The position numbers and the translations under genes are program-made. A stretch of DNA of 61,696 nt, filler included, from Choristocarpus tenellus KU-1152 (lineage: Eukaryota > Protista > Phaeophyceae): assembly GCA_964200185.2 (NCBI GenBank). It is 13 parts of 13 records of this genome, joined end to end, with 100 filler letters (N's around TTAATTAATTAA, not from the genome) between each part and the next. Parts side by side here need not be neighbours in the genome. Positions count along the whole stretch, not along the records: positions 5,469 to 15,420 come from CAXNAD020003252.1; positions 15,521 to 18,116 come from CAXNAD020026424.1; positions 18,217 to 21,415 come from CAXNAD020021605.1; positions 21,516 to 24,492 come from CAXNAD020023219.1; positions 24,593 to 27,850 come from CAXNAD020021221.1; 8 more parts are not named here. One strand, 5' to 3'. The notes beneath the pieces were generated by a model. It did no database searches. It saw only the letters and a list, made by a program, of their open reading frames with translations, and had not been told where the DNA came from. Positions 11,518 to 24,985 of this stretch are shown here, piece by piece; position 1 is the stretch's first letter, and every line of letters starts with the position of its first letter.

Positions 11518-14500
11518 AACGGTCTGGTCCCAAGGTGGGAACTTGCTCTGGTTCAGTCTGTGGTACTGCTGTGTTGGTTATGTTGTCAAGGGTGTGATCT
11601 CTGTCTTGCAAGGACTTGAGAAAATTCGATCCAGAGTGCAGCCCTTTTTTTTGTGTCTCTGAAAGGTCTGTCCCAGGCTGGTTGGTATCTATCTCCATGG
11701 TCTGATTCAAACTGCGGCAGGGTTGCTTGTGCTGTGATCGGTGTGTTGTCTCTGATCAGTTAGCTGTTTTCGACGGTTTGACCTGGAGTACGACCCACTT
11801 TCTTGTGTTGTTTTGGTCTTAGACTGTCGGCTTCTATGTACTGTCTGGAGCAGAATTGTTTGGTACTACTGTAAGAGATGGCCTAATTGTTGTTTTCTAT
11901 TTAACGCTCCAACTTTTTGCTTTTCCGTTCCTTATCCAGAACCGTTCTATATATGTTTCTCCTGGGAAAAGGTGTAGGGGTGCAATTTTAAGGGTTAGGG
12001 TAGAGATGAATTGTTCACAGCAACAAGGGAAGAAGAAAGACTTGGTTGATTCCCTGCTGCGTCACTCAATTTTACCCACCTCTGAGGTGATCGTTGACCG
12101 TGAGGCAGTCTTCATTAACCAGCTATGCTGTGTATCCAGTGTGGGTACCATAACCCAAAGTTCTTGAAACACGGTACTCTGGTTATTTTATTTTATTTTA
12201 TTTTTATTGGACTCCTGTCTCGTATCCATTGTCAAAGGTCCCCCCTTTGTTGGTGCTCACCCTTTGCCGGCGTAGGTATAGGTATAGGAATAGAATGAAC
12301 ACACGAATGTAAGGGTAAGAAGAGTTAAGTGGTATTTTTTACTTCTTGATGGTCACCACCCCAGGGGTATGTGCTCTTTTACTATTGTTTTAGTGCTTTG
12401 TAGTGTGTCTGTCGCCTTTGACAACATCCGGATTGAAAAAAGTGGTGATTGCGGTTTGGAAGTTGAAGGACAAAAGGCATCCCTCTCCCCCTCTTCCCTC
12501 ATACTGCGCAGTGTACACAAGGAGGTATGTAAGTAACTGTGCTGGGATTGAGGCGGGAGTTACATGTGCCTGCCAATTCACACAGTCCGGTGTAATGACT
12601 GCGAAATAAGCTACATCTGTTGCTGGTGTATTTATGGGCGTAGATGGTTACACACCAGGCATAGAACCGAGTTTCCTTTTTTTTTTCATCCTTTGGGAGA
12701 GGGGGATGTTCTTGGTGTCACAGTAGACCTCTGGGTGAGTGAGTGTGTCCGCGGAGAGTAGGTTTGTTAAAATTAGTATGTTAATTTTAGCAGTCAATTA
12801 TTTAACTCTTTTGGTGATTGACTCTCTTTGTACTGCAAGACAGTGGTTTGGGCCTTAAGGCAAAGGTTAGGGTATTAGAAGGTTCTAATATGTCTAGAAA
12901 AAACATGTCAGCATAATGATACGAGTATTTTAATGTTTAACGGTCAATTATTTAACTCTTTTTGTATTGTAAAACCGTGGTTTGGGCTTAGGTTGAAGCT
13001 TAGGGTATTAAAAGGTTCTAATATGTCTAGAAAATCATCTTGGCATATATGGTATGAGTATATTAATATTAACAGTCAATTATGTAACTCTTTTGTCCTA
13101 TTAAACAGTGGTTTGGGCCTTAAGGTGAAGGTTAGGGTATTAAAAGATTCTAATGTCCAGAAAAAAACATCTTGGTATATACACTATTTTAAGTAGGCAA
13201 TGGCTCAAGAGATCCATGAAGACGGCTGCTTGTTGAAAGAGGTGTATCAACACAAGGATGACTGAGGAGGTTGGATGTGATGGAGAGCTTTTTAGCACCT
13301 CACTTGTCTGTTTGCTGTGATAACCTTCTTGGAACTGTTTATATCTGTTTGCTGCCTTTTGAGAAATGATGTATGTTTTTGGGCGAGAGAAGCATCCAAG
13401 AGCAATCTAGTGGTGGAATGGAATGTATCAGATGTACAAAAATAGCACACACCCTTACTTGGGTTGAATTAAGGGTGAGGTTTGGGGTCTGATTTGTGCT
13501 GCGATCATGTACTTCATCCTACAGTGTCCATTTGTAGTTGTCTTGCTTGATACTTCTCTTCCTTTTACCTCTCTGCAGGGGAGGGACTCCCTGTGACTGG
13601 AAAGTCTTTAAAGAGTTTAGAAGTTCTATGTTTAGTATTCTTAAGTTTTTGGCCGACTGTACACCTCTTCCTCGTGGCCATTTCTGCCGCTCGCTATACC
13701 AATACCCCTGTTGAAAAGAGGAAAATGATCCCTGATGTGATGGCAAGAACAGGGTGTAATAGGGGAATAAGAAGCCCATATCCTGTGGGTGTGTTTATTT
13801 GTCCGTGTTCCTGGATGATTTGTTGTGAGTAGATGTAGTAAAAGATCAATGCGATGCCCATGAATACAGTGTCTGCTTTGCAGTATAGTTAAAAAAAAAA
13901 ATTGTCCAGTAGATCTCTCTCTTTTAATGTATCGTTTGTTGTTGTTGTTGTTGTTGTACAGACTGTGTTGTGTGTGTGTGTTTTTTTTATTGTGGTCTGC
14001 TTCTTGCCTTCCCGTGGGACAGTATGTGCAAATTGTCAAGAGGCATGAAATATTACCACTACTACCGACGGTGATACCAACAATGCTAATGGATTTGTGG
14101 TGATGTATCCCCCCATCTGTGTGTTGGAGGTTGAGTCCTTCCTTGGGTTTGGTCGTCCAAGGTTGAAATGACGGTTGTTGGCGGGTTATTCTTTTTTGTG
14201 GGTCATGATGAGGTGCATTTGTTCAGCGTTCTGTGTACAATACGTGGAGGTGTCTGCTGGGCATGGGCAACACTATGTATCACTTGGGCGCAAGAAAAAT
14301 GATCGTTTGCCCCCTTGGTTGTCTGTTTGAGTGTACTGGTATTGTCAGGGTCCACGTTTGTATGGCGGCTGCACTTGCTCGTGTAGTTTTGAAGTTGTGA
14401 AAAGTGTTTCTAGGTAAAACCTGCTTTGTGATATGTGATCTGAGATGGCGTTGGCCAGAAGGGGATGCTGTTTCTGTTGGTAGTTTCAAGACCGGGTTTT

Positions 14501-15131
14501 GTTTTTTGAATCAGGTGTGATTGTTCGATCAAATTGATGCACCTACACAGGAGTTGGTGTTTTAGTTTGGCAAAGAATAAGTAGGACTATACTGAGAGCA
14601 CTGTGATTGCCCTGTGTCATCTGTGGTGCCTGTGAACTATGTTGAAGCTTGATGCAGCTGTCCATCAGGGATGCAAATAATTGCCACAAAATTTTGTGGG
14701 CTCTTAATGTTGACGAGTCAAAGTTCTCCTGTTGACTGGGTGAGAATAAATTTTGGAAGGTTGGCAGGTCATTGTGACAGTAGTACGGCATTGATGCCAG
14801 TACATGGTGTATGGTATACGCTGAATCCATCATAGTGTACACAGTTTCTTTCACGCTGTCAACTAAACCTCAGCCCTAACCCTATTTACGTCCCTGTTTT
14901 ACAAACCGTCCAGTTTTTCCCGAACATTTTAAAGGCGTGTGTGTGTGTATGATGTTGGCAAGGTGGGTCGGGGCTTATAAGTACTATTACTATACCCACC
15001 TTGTTCGTGCACCATGTGTGTGTATCTGTGCATTCCATCCCCCATCCACACACAATTCAGGCAATGATGCCGAGGAGGAAGGAGGAGATGAAGACACTAA
15101 ATTGTCTCAAGGTGAACTGGATAAGATAGCG
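5795..15131 (+). CDS. PDCD2: Programmed cell death protein 2 (zf-MYND), 5' part; PDCD2_C domain lost at contig end
   Basis: Phase-compatible GT-AG exons: 5795-5891 (tentative), 5954-6171 (VQLG...GGKAGGWP), 6441-6524 (VWLNP..CGKC..MSFLIQ), 7060-7128 (LYCPL..FHRCLYVFCC), 7538-7639 (KVLRCQLPRANPFY), 8189-8344 (MYND CWLC..CARC..YCSRAHQAIHW..HKK), 10379-10688 (AC..VFREF), 15061-15131. Confidence 0.9.
11487..11514. repeat. (GT)n microsatellite in PDCD2 intron
   Basis: Perfect TG run. Confidence 0.9.
12775..13185. repeat. Tandem repeat, ~135-bp unit x3, intronic
   Basis: GTCAATTATTTAACTCTTT...GTGGTTTGGGC...TTAGGGTATTA..GGTTCTAATATGTCTAGAAAA recurs three times. Confidence 0.85.
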
Positions 15132-15186
15132 GTGAGTGCAGACCAGCGACAGAAACTCTGATGGGTGAGGAAGTGGAATTGGATCG

Positions 15187-15366
15187 GACTCTAAAGTATC
15201 TGGGGGGGGGGAGTGGCTGTCCATTTGGGGCCATTTTTTTCATGTCACGATTTTAGGGTGATTTGGTTGCATACGTTGGATGGCTAATTTAAGTGCAGTG
15301 CATTTTTCCTGGTTATGCCCCAAATGGACTCCCTGGTGTAGACCCCCCCCCCCCCCCCCCCCCCCC
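15187..15366. mobile_element. MITE subfamily B
   Basis: AAAGTATCT(G)n GTGGCTGTCCATTTGGGGCC ... CCCCAAATGGAC..GGTGTAGA(C)n. Confidence 0.8.
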
Positions 15367-15520
15367 TCCTTTTTGCCCAATTTTTTTTTTTTTTTCTCCC
15401 TATTTTTTTTCTTACTCCCCNNNNNNNNNNNNNNNNNNNNNNNNNNNNNNNNNNNNNNNNNNNNTTAATTAATTAANNNNNNNNNNNNNNNNNNNNNNNN
15501 NNNNNNNNNNNNNNNNNNNN

Positions 15521-15565
15521 GTGAAAAACGGACGCCGACACCCCCCCCCAAGATACTTTGACCCC
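15521..15565. mobile_element. MITE subfamily C end (partial)
   Basis: GGACGCCGACA(C)nAAGATACTTTGACCC is the reverse complement of the start of 33448-33514. Confidence 0.65.
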
Positions 15566-16156
15566 ACAGCCCTTGGTGGTGGGATGCTCTTCCTTATATT
15601 ATTATTTATTGTGTACGTCATCAGACACGTCAAAATGTGTCTGTGTCACTCACACTACGTCAGCCACTTATATTGAACAAAATAAGAAATCAATCCATCG
15701 ATAATCAAATCTGTGACTCGAAATACACTTAACCAAATGCTTAACCCTCAGTCCACTCAGTCAATAATTCTGTTGTATTCCACTGTTCACTAAGTATCTA
15801 ACTCCCCATAGACTGCCTAGCCTATATTGCACAGAGGTAATGGGCTCTTCAAAAAGTTCAAACATTTTGTTTAGTTGCATAAGTATAAGTGATAAATTAT
15901 AAACAAAACGTAGAGGGTGATGGTCAAAGTGCTACAGATCCTACGTATCAACCAGCCCATTTGACACCCCTCCAAAAACAGCTTCAGTTTCTGGTTCAAA
16001 TGCACTCAAAGCCACCCCAAAACCGACTAAAAACTAAACCGTTTTCAGAACTACCATAAACACACTTGTTTCACATCACTGAGCAAAATAGTAAATCTGT
16101 CTGGGGACCCCAAGACTGAAGCCTGCAATAATCTGTGTGATGTAGGAATGTTTCAC

Positions 16157-17080
16157 CTTACGGTAGTCCTTTTGACTGTCCTGCAACGGCAAAAACTGCT
16201 CAACCAGCCTCTTCTTGTCTGCTGCTCTGTCCTCTGCAGCCATGATCGCTGATTCCTGTTTATATCAAAACCAAAAAGGGTGCTAGTCTTAGCTACAGAA
16301 AAAAAAGAGCACTTGAAAAGCAAGGCTCACTGTAGAAAGGTATTCGACTGAGATGCGCACGTTCTTCTCATTAGTTGTTGAATAGGTCACTACTTCAACC
16401 CTTACTTTCAGTGACCACAGATCAAATTTACTGAGTAGCTAGTTCCTTACAGGTTTCGATTGGAAGAGGGATGCTAATCAATATTTGATACAGTGGACTC
16501 AGTGCCTGCTGTTTGAGGTGCAAGATGATGAAGGCCAAAGAACATTTTACTGTTGACGGAAACAAAGTGAAATCAACACATTTCGGAAAAAAAGTGCAAG
16601 GGTTAAAAGGGTATCTCCTCCAAAATCAGTAGTGATTGGAAGCCTCCCAAGATATTGTCAACATGTTCAGCACTACAGCGTTACACCACCCTCATACTTC
16701 ACCTGGGCAGCCTTGAGCTGCTCTCTCAGCCCACACATCACCACCAGTGCAGCAATATATCGAGCAATGGCCTCATTTTCCGCAACAAGGGCTCTATCTC
16801 TCAATATGAGGGCCTCCTCCTTCTCTGCCATGACCTTTCTCAAGGCTTGGTCTGTCACCGGCACGGCTTTGGCCCTTGCAGTACTTACGCCCTGTTGGGC
16901 AATTGTGGAGCAGAATTTGGCAGGGAGCAATGGTAAGAGCTGGTAAGGAGGGAGATGGGAAAGGATCATCACTGCTGGCTGCTTTGCGTGGGGCAAATAG
17001 CTACGAGATTGGACAGGTTGTTCTTTCTTCATTATCTCCAGGATATCATCTCCAGGATTGCCCCCGTGATATACGCACAC
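16157..17080 (-). CDS. Hypothetical coiled-coil protein, partial exons
   Basis: Exon ending 16703 (..LRKVMAEKEEALILRDRALVAENEAIAR..QLKAAQ|gtgaag) and exon 16157-16255 (cag|ESAIMAAEDRAADKKRLVEQFL..YRK|gtgaa), both phase 0. Upstream boundary uncertain. Confidence 0.55.
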
Positions 17081-20000
17081 TCTTGCAGTGGGGTAGGCGG
17101 GTGCAAGGAGGGGTAGAGTTGTCGACCATTACAATGAAATGTACTCGGACTATTTATCGTTTTACTTCTCATGAGTAAGATCAACTCAAGAATTCAGGTA
17201 CAGAAAGGTGAGGAGTCGGGAGGAAGCCATGCAACACTAAATAGTACGAACCCTTGCACTCAAAGCGTGTATCGTTAAGAACGTTTAACTTTGAGCCTGC
17301 CTGTGAAATGGAAATACTTAATCGGGGTTGGTTGGGAACTTGTTGTGGCTTAATCTGTCACTCACCCATAAAGATGTTTTTATGTGGTATGCTTTCACTT
17401 CTTGTATTGATAAAGCAGGACCATCCTCGAAAATTGTCTTCTTTTGTAGAAGACATATCATGTGCCGGTCTCGGAATGACTAAGCCAACCAACTCCACAT
17501 ACCAGTTAAATCCATGGTATGAGGAATTAGGATTACAAAAAGTAGTGAATTTACTGGGGCAACACAGTATGCTTGGAAAAGCATGAATCAGGAAGGAGAG
17601 GGATCATACATATTCTAAGCAGTGTTTGGCCTGATATACAAAATATGCTGTTCTTGCGCATGCCCGAGTAATCCTCCGTCCAACACTCATTCCTGTTCTA
17701 TTAGGGCAACTGATTAGTGTCTTTATTATACCCGGGCACGGGTAGCTGGCTCCAATGCTAACCTTCCCTTTCCAACTCCATGACTTAACCCCCTGAGGAA
17801 AAGGACAAGAGGGGATAGAAGGGGCTAAGCAAAGAGCACTTGAGTACGTCATACCCATTCTGGGCATCAATCACACTTGTGTGCTGCATCCTCCTTAATT
17901 GATATACGGTCTCATTGCAGGAGCAGGGTGCATCGAGGTTGTGAACGACTCGATTTGCATCATCTTTATCAGCAGTGTGAGGAGATACATCGGCTTCTAA
18001 CTCAATCTATATTCGACCGAAATCTCAACGTGATGGATTAGCAGATGGTACTGCTGTTATAGTATCCCCAAAATCATCAAAGAGGATAAAGGTGATAAAC
18101 CCGGCGAGATTGCTTGNNNNNNNNNNNNNNNNNNNNNNNNNNNNNNNNNNNNNNNNNNNNTTAATTAATTAANNNNNNNNNNNNNNNNNNNNNNNNNNNN
18201 NNNNNNNNNNNNNNNNCCCCCGTACGTCCTTGAACTCCTCTTACCTTAGCAGGCTGTTGGGGGTCCCCCCCCATCCAATGTCCGTGACATACCTGTACTC
18301 TCAAGACCACATTCCCAACCTTATTTAGGGCTCACCCCATTGCTTGGGTTCTGTAGAGACTCGAGTATTTAACATGTACGTATTAGTTTAGCACATTCTT
18401 AGTATCCCAATTCTTGGCTACCCACACCCTCCTTATATCTTTGACATTAGACTCCCCTCCAACTTTTTTTTTAATATATATATTTTATTATTATTATTAT
18501 TATTTATTTATTTTTACAGTTTGAGATGGAATCTGTAACACTTAGTGCTTTGACACCTTTTCGCTTGTTTATATTACCAGTTTTATATGTCTAACCCCCC
18601 CCCCCTTTTTCTCTATGTTCTTCGACTTCTCTTACGTTGGAAAGGTTGGGGATCACCTCCCTCCAATGTCTGTGCCGTACCTATATGCTCAAGTTCACCT
18701 TCCCACCCCTAGTCAAGGATCAACCCATTGCTCCGACAATGGTCCTGTACCGTCTTCATCATTGTCTTGTCTAATCTGGTAGAGGCTAATCTGGATGGGT
18801 GCCGTAAGGACTCAATCGTGTATTGGGCATGTATTAGTCTAGAACAGTCGTAGATGCTAGTGAGTTGATCAGGACACGGGACCTTCATCACTACATTATG
18901 TACTTACAATCATCAAGGTGTGCACTTTTCTGATATATTCAGGTCTCCTCTAAGCAATTCGCATCTTCCAAAACCTTTTTTTTTATACAACTACACATCT
19001 TTTTTCTTTTTTTTTTCGGCCTGAATCTCTCTCCTTCCCACCCCTCTTATTCACTTGGACTGATTATCCCACTTTTAGGCAATGCCCCTTCTTTAATCAC
19101 TTTCTTTCCTTGCGGTGATTTGTTCATTATTGTAGAACGATGCCCCCGAAACTTCGTAGGTTTAGCCCTCAAATGCCTACCCTTATGAGCAGTAGCCCTT
19201 TATTCACAAGGTCACCTCAAATTTTTACACAGGGTTGTGTAGGAGCTACGATTAATCATTCCCCTCCCCCCCTCTTTATATTGGTATACTCTTCTTTACG
19301 TTCACATTTTCCAATATCATGCTCTCTCCCCATCCCTCTTAACTATCGCGTCTCATTTTTGATAATCTCTTCCGACTGTACATCTACTAACAATCCCCAA
19401 TTCTTTCATACTTCCGTAGGATTCACTCCACTCCAATCCCCCACCTACTACGTGTCCTCACACAGTACTTTTGAATTATCTCCACCTACTTTCGTAGCGG
19501 TCACTCCGCCTAATAAACAAATATTTAATAAAAATTCCAACTATCACATCCCTCATTCAGTCCTCCTATCTATACAGGTTTTCTATTTTTCTTTACTTCT
19601 TGTCTCACGTCCTCTCTCAACTTGTAGCTATACTACATAATATATATATGACTACTCATAATTACATAATCGTTGATTCACAAGGTATCTCTGCCTGATA
19701 AAAGGTTTCGTTACTAGCCTTGTACCTTCTGCGCGTGACCTTTGTCTGGGGTGGTTCCCCCTGCATCATCCTACAATGCGCCCATGCTGTTCTATTTTTC
19801 TTACCATATGGGTGGTGTGGCCCATGTCAGCAGTGGAAGACAACCTACGTCCTCTATCGCCGATCGATACAGACCTGATATCGGCCCCCGCTCTACATTT
19901 CACGCCATATTTAAACTGTACTTTACCAGATTGTCGCAGGTACACTACCTCTACCCTGACCTATTATTTTTTATCTTTTTGTTGTGAACTCAACGGGATA

Positions 20001-21515
20001 AACATGTTAGTGACATAAACAGCGCACTCTACTATTCGTCCCCAACTACCCTTATACTGTCGCTCTACCAGGACTCTCAACCTTTTCCCGTCCTGCTTTG
20101 TGTACCAACCTATAAATTATTGTTTGTAACCTGCAGTATTAAACATGTAGTCCCCTCTCTGCCACGACCATTACCGTCGGGATCGGCCCGATTCGCCATT
20201 TACGCGTTTATCCTGTTTTACTCCGCCATAACATCGATAACATCGCGGTCCGTCCTTCGCACTTTCTTCTTCTATGGATTTCCCCAGGTACCCCTTCGAT
20301 AGTGTCTGAATCTCTCACTTAAATCACATGTCCTATTCCAGCGCAACAATTATCCACGATGTTTTTCATCGTCACTGTCATCACCCCCCTTACCTTGTGC
20401 GCTATTCCTTACCATTTATAAGTCTTGTCCTCACGACTCCCCGCCTTTTCCACATGACCCTTCCCTCTTTCAACTGTCGGGAAGATTGTTCGGGTTCTTC
20501 CTTCATCCATTCCGACGAAAGCTTGCTCGGGAGTCCTCTTGATCTAGCCTTCCTCGTCTTGTCCCCCAGCCTCAGGTTTCCTCATTTGATTCAATACTGT
20601 TCATTCCTTCTCCCCTTGTGCCTCCGTCTGCCACCTATTTTCTTAACCACTCAATCTTAACTCTTCGTTCCCTCCTTAAGACTTATATTTCTTTACTGTC
20701 CCCTTCCTTGCCCTGTGCCCCCAACCAACCAGAATTCTTCCGCCCACAAAACTCAGATTACTTTATAAACTTTCCCTTTAATACATCACAAAAGAACCAA
20801 AACACATGGGGGTTGCACACTTTGGGAGCCGTTTGAATGCATGGTTCAACATTTTGATTAAATATATGTTGGTCTGTCTGGCGTTTTTGTGGTATAGTTG
20901 AGAGAGAGATTAATACATGTTAACAAGTATTCAATTCCTTGTTTATCTCTATGGAATACCACCACAGAAACGTGGATATCGAGAGTCGATATAAGGCCAA
21001 TTGAGGGCGTTGTTGGCAACACAGACCAGAGTTGTGTTCGAAGCAGGTGAATTATCGAAGGTTTGTATCCTTGAATATTGAATTAGAAGGACGCCTCAAA
21101 CGGGTCGGGGATCCGTTAGAAAAATGAGGTCTTCTACTATTGAAAATCCAAATAATATCATACTATAATTGTAGGAATTAGTAAGATCTGAACCGATCAG
21201 AATCATAATCTGTAAATCATAACAGTGACAACAATTGATTTTAGACTTTTTGAGGACAACAATTCGCCGATCTAAATTCTCTTTTCTGTACTGTCGATCA
21301 ATTACAACAAAGAATAAGCAAAACCTCACTTATCAATACAAGTATATAATATTATTATGCCCTCTGACATTTTGCAGATGTGTCAGGGGAAAACCAATGA
21401 AAACTATATACATATNNNNNNNNNNNNNNNNNNNNNNNNNNNNNNNNNNNNNNNNNNNNTTAATTAATTAANNNNNNNNNNNNNNNNNNNNNNNNNNNNN
21501 NNNNNNNNNNNNNNN

Positions 21516-21683
21516 GGGGGGGGGGTGGGCTACCTCTACACCAAGGTGCCCATTTGACCAAGATCAGGAAAAGTGCATTTTCAATATCCATCCGACATAT
21601 GCAACCAAATCGCCCAAAAAACGTGACATGAAAAAATTGCCCCCAAATGGACAGCCGCTACTCCCTCCCAAATACTTTGAGCC
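21516..21683. mobile_element. MITE subfamily B (left end in gap)
   Basis: Ends CCCAAATACTTTGAGCC; internal CCCCAAATGGAC. Confidence 0.8.
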
Positions 21684-22059
21684 TTTTCCCTTCTTCATTC
21701 ATTCTCTGTTTCCCTCTCCTCTAACTGCTTGTCTTTCCCTTTTCGATATTTTCTACTTGCATCTCTCAAGCAGTGTGCATTGCCTTCTTTCGACAAAAAA
21801 AAATACTCCCCACCACGGGACTCGGGTCTGGGACCCATCAGTAGTAGCATTAGCAAGAGAAGTAGTAATAGTAGCCCTAATATCAATATTAATGGTAATA
21901 ATAACATCATGCCCAGCAGGAACTAGCTATTCCTGTGGATTTTACTTGGGGTCCACTTGCCCGCACACCTAAAACAATCACACAATAAACCCAAACGATG
22001 CTTAATTCCCCCCCCAAGCAGATTTTTTTGGATAGATCTTATATTATTCTCTTCGCTAG

Positions 22060-22995
22060 GTAGTAATGCCAACGGCATGGTATCTTAAACATGTATTAAG
22101 CATGGTCGTTTGAAGCTTCCCCAGAAGAAGGCATTGAAGGTGACTGGCTAGCAGATCGAATTAGTGAGGGCGTCTGCCATGCTGGAGGCTTGAAATCTTA
22201 TCCGTAATGGGGACCAAACCTTTCTTTCCCACGTTTTTGGCAACATCTGTAAGGGTTCAAGGTAGAAACGACTAGACAGAAGGCCTCCCAAAATGTGCGT
22301 GAAGAGTCTAGAAGGCTACTGAAAGAGGAAGCACTCATAACGAAAGGGTGAAAGTATCTTCTATACGAATTTTGCCTTGTTTGTCCATTTGGGGCTTGAC
22401 TTGCCTCAGGATTTTTATGAAATTTTCCCACTCCGAAATGATTTCGGAGTAGGTAGAACATAGACGTTATGAAAAGGTGTGTCCAGAACAAGGATATTGA
22501 CACTTCCTAACAAACATGATATAGCCAAAATTACATCGAAATCGCAACATTGGATTTTGACCCCGAAATGGACACGACTCTACCCTCTAAGATAATTTGG
22601 CTCGAAATGTTGGAGGCGATGGTTTGGTGTGCTCGTCAATGGCAAGTCGGAAAACCTTAACCCCCATAGAGGATGAAGCCCTTGACCAACAACCCGCACA
22701 TATGTCACTCTTTGATGCACCGGTACTGATGGGAATGACTGAAGTCATCCAGGCAGCGGGAAGTGGGAAGGCAATCGGTCCAGACGATCCTTCAAGCTGA
22801 GTTCCTGAAGTTTAAGAGGAGGACGAAGACATCGTTCAGAGTTTCCACAAGGTTGTATTGGCCGTATGGGAACAGGAAGATTTGCTGCAGATTTAGATGG
22901 ACGTAATTGTCCAAGTGCTTCACAAGAAGAAAGATCGGACAGATTGTGTTGAATACTGGGGCATCTGATTGGTAGCACACGGAGGCAAAGTACCT
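22060..22995 (+). mobile_element. Decayed LINE (RTE-like) ORF2 remnant, interrupted by a MITE
   Basis: ..WRRWFGVLVNGKS.., GKAIGPDD..AEFLK, FHKVVLAVW, IVQVLHKKKDRTDC..YWGI*LVAHGGKV match the pre-RT linker and RT domains 0-1 (K.PGPD, K.D...NYRGISL). Confidence 0.85.
22346..22603 (-). mobile_element. MITE subfamily A
   Basis: GGGTGAAAGTATCTT ... AAGATAATTTGGCTC; 4-bp TSD GAAA/GAAA. Confidence 0.85.
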
Positions 22996-24985
22996 CTATT
23001 CTCGACGTTGTTGTATGGTGTTGAAGTATTCTACACTGGACTCATAGTTGAAATGGTCAATGATGTGCCTTGGTAGACGACAATATTTGGTTCAGTGTGG
23101 AGATATATATCGTTAGTGTTACAAGAGGTTTGTGGTCTCAATTCCATTGAAATAGTTGTGGTGAGACAGGTGTAGACTACCATGTGGGATATTCAACACT
23201 CACATCGATAACCAGAAAAGGATGCTATCAGTGGATGATAAGTACCATATATGATAAAAGAACGGATAATCTACTATCAGGTCTCTGCAATACATGATTC
23301 CGAGGTAGAGATAAACAAGAAATACATCGAAACATAAAGTAGCTCTCCCTTTCCTATTTCATTCCAGCACTATCCACGAACACTCTCCCTTGGTGCGCAC
23401 ACTTTACACCTCAAATCCTAACCCTCTAAAAACAGAAAAAAAATATATTAGCACTCTCAAATAATGCTACTAATACACCCTAACATTCATGTTGATGTTA
23501 GTTCTGTATGGGTTCCAGTAATCGCTCCTTAATATACTACGGACCTGTTGCAGTTTCTATGAAACCAATCTCGGGTCCTTTCTCCTGTAGACCCTTGGCA
23601 ATACCATGTTACTTCACCTACAATAAACAAAAACTCCCTAGTATATCACTACATAACAATATCTGGAAAACAGTAGTCACCATCAATAATGGTGCTGGGT
23701 CATTGAAGTCAGTCGCTCATCTGTCCTACTGCAGCCTTGTGTGGAACCATTATCGATTACTTTCGCCTGCAGTTCATTGGCAATACCATGTTGCGTCTCC
23801 CACGATCCACAAAACTGTGCAGAATACAATATGAATTACAGCAATATGGAATCAAACGCATTCGGGGATCATGGTTCATATCTTAGCGGGATATTTAAAG
23901 AGAATCAATTCTGGGTTTTGATGTCTACATACATGTTCGAGACGTTTTTCTATCATATTTATGGAGTTTTCTAGAAGCGTTGTAAGTGTTCAGGGTTAGT
24001 GATTCCTTCTAGAAGCAACAGGTGCTAATTCAAGCCCCGTCATCTATAAAATATCACTCTTCTCTTTTTAACCATGTGATAACATTCAGGTCAAGGGATC
24101 GTGTGAGGCCCCCATTTCTTCTATCTTTTTTCATACTGACACAAACAGCAGTCTAATTCTGCACAGAAACTTCCCTAGTGTATCATTACTGTAAGTCACT
24201 GGAATACAGATGGTATTCGTATCTACTGTCCTATTGGAGTCTCATGTCGAAGCATTCTCAGGTACTTTTCTCCTACAGGTGCTTGCCAATGCCGTATTAC
24301 ATCTCCCACGATCCATGAAATCTGTCCAGTACATCAATATTGGAAGGTATATTGGAATACAGTCATATAATGTGTCTGTCACTTCTCACCTATCCGATTA
24401 CAATCTCCACCAACACATTCTTGGGGAATTTCTCGTACTAACTAATACTTTCACACACTAGACAAGGTTACCCAAAGTATCTGGGAGGGGGGNNNNNNNN
24501 NNNNNNNNNNNNNNNNNNNNNNNNNNNNNNNNNNNNTTAATTAATTAANNNNNNNNNNNNNNNNNNNNNNNNNNNNNNNNNNNNNNNNNNNNGGGAGAGG
24601 ATAGAAAGGTGATCATACACAGCAGGATGTATGAACTTGTTCCACAACACAGAGTCAAAATTTTGAAACCAGTGAGTGGTCTCACAACCTATACCCCATG
24701 ACAGAGCACAGGAACGTGCAACAAACAGGAAAGACAAAGCCTCGGCTGACTGAGTATTACTGCGCAAGATGAAGACAATGAGACAGGCAAGACCCAGAGG
24801 ATATCAGGATGGTTTAGGTCAAAGGTCAAACAAAGTAAATATAGGGGAGGGGGAGGGGCGAGTGCATCGAACATGGGGTGCCACAGTGGTAGTTACATAG
24901 ATTTCATCCTCAGGCGACCAAACGTGAGATGTAGATAATTGGTTGCATAAGCATATACTGTGTTGTCAGCACAACTGTGTAGCAC

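Noticed and set aside
19140-20836. Several 70-166 aa ORFs in pyrimidine-rich DNA
   Set aside because: Composition-driven ORFs with no motifs or consistent splice structure.
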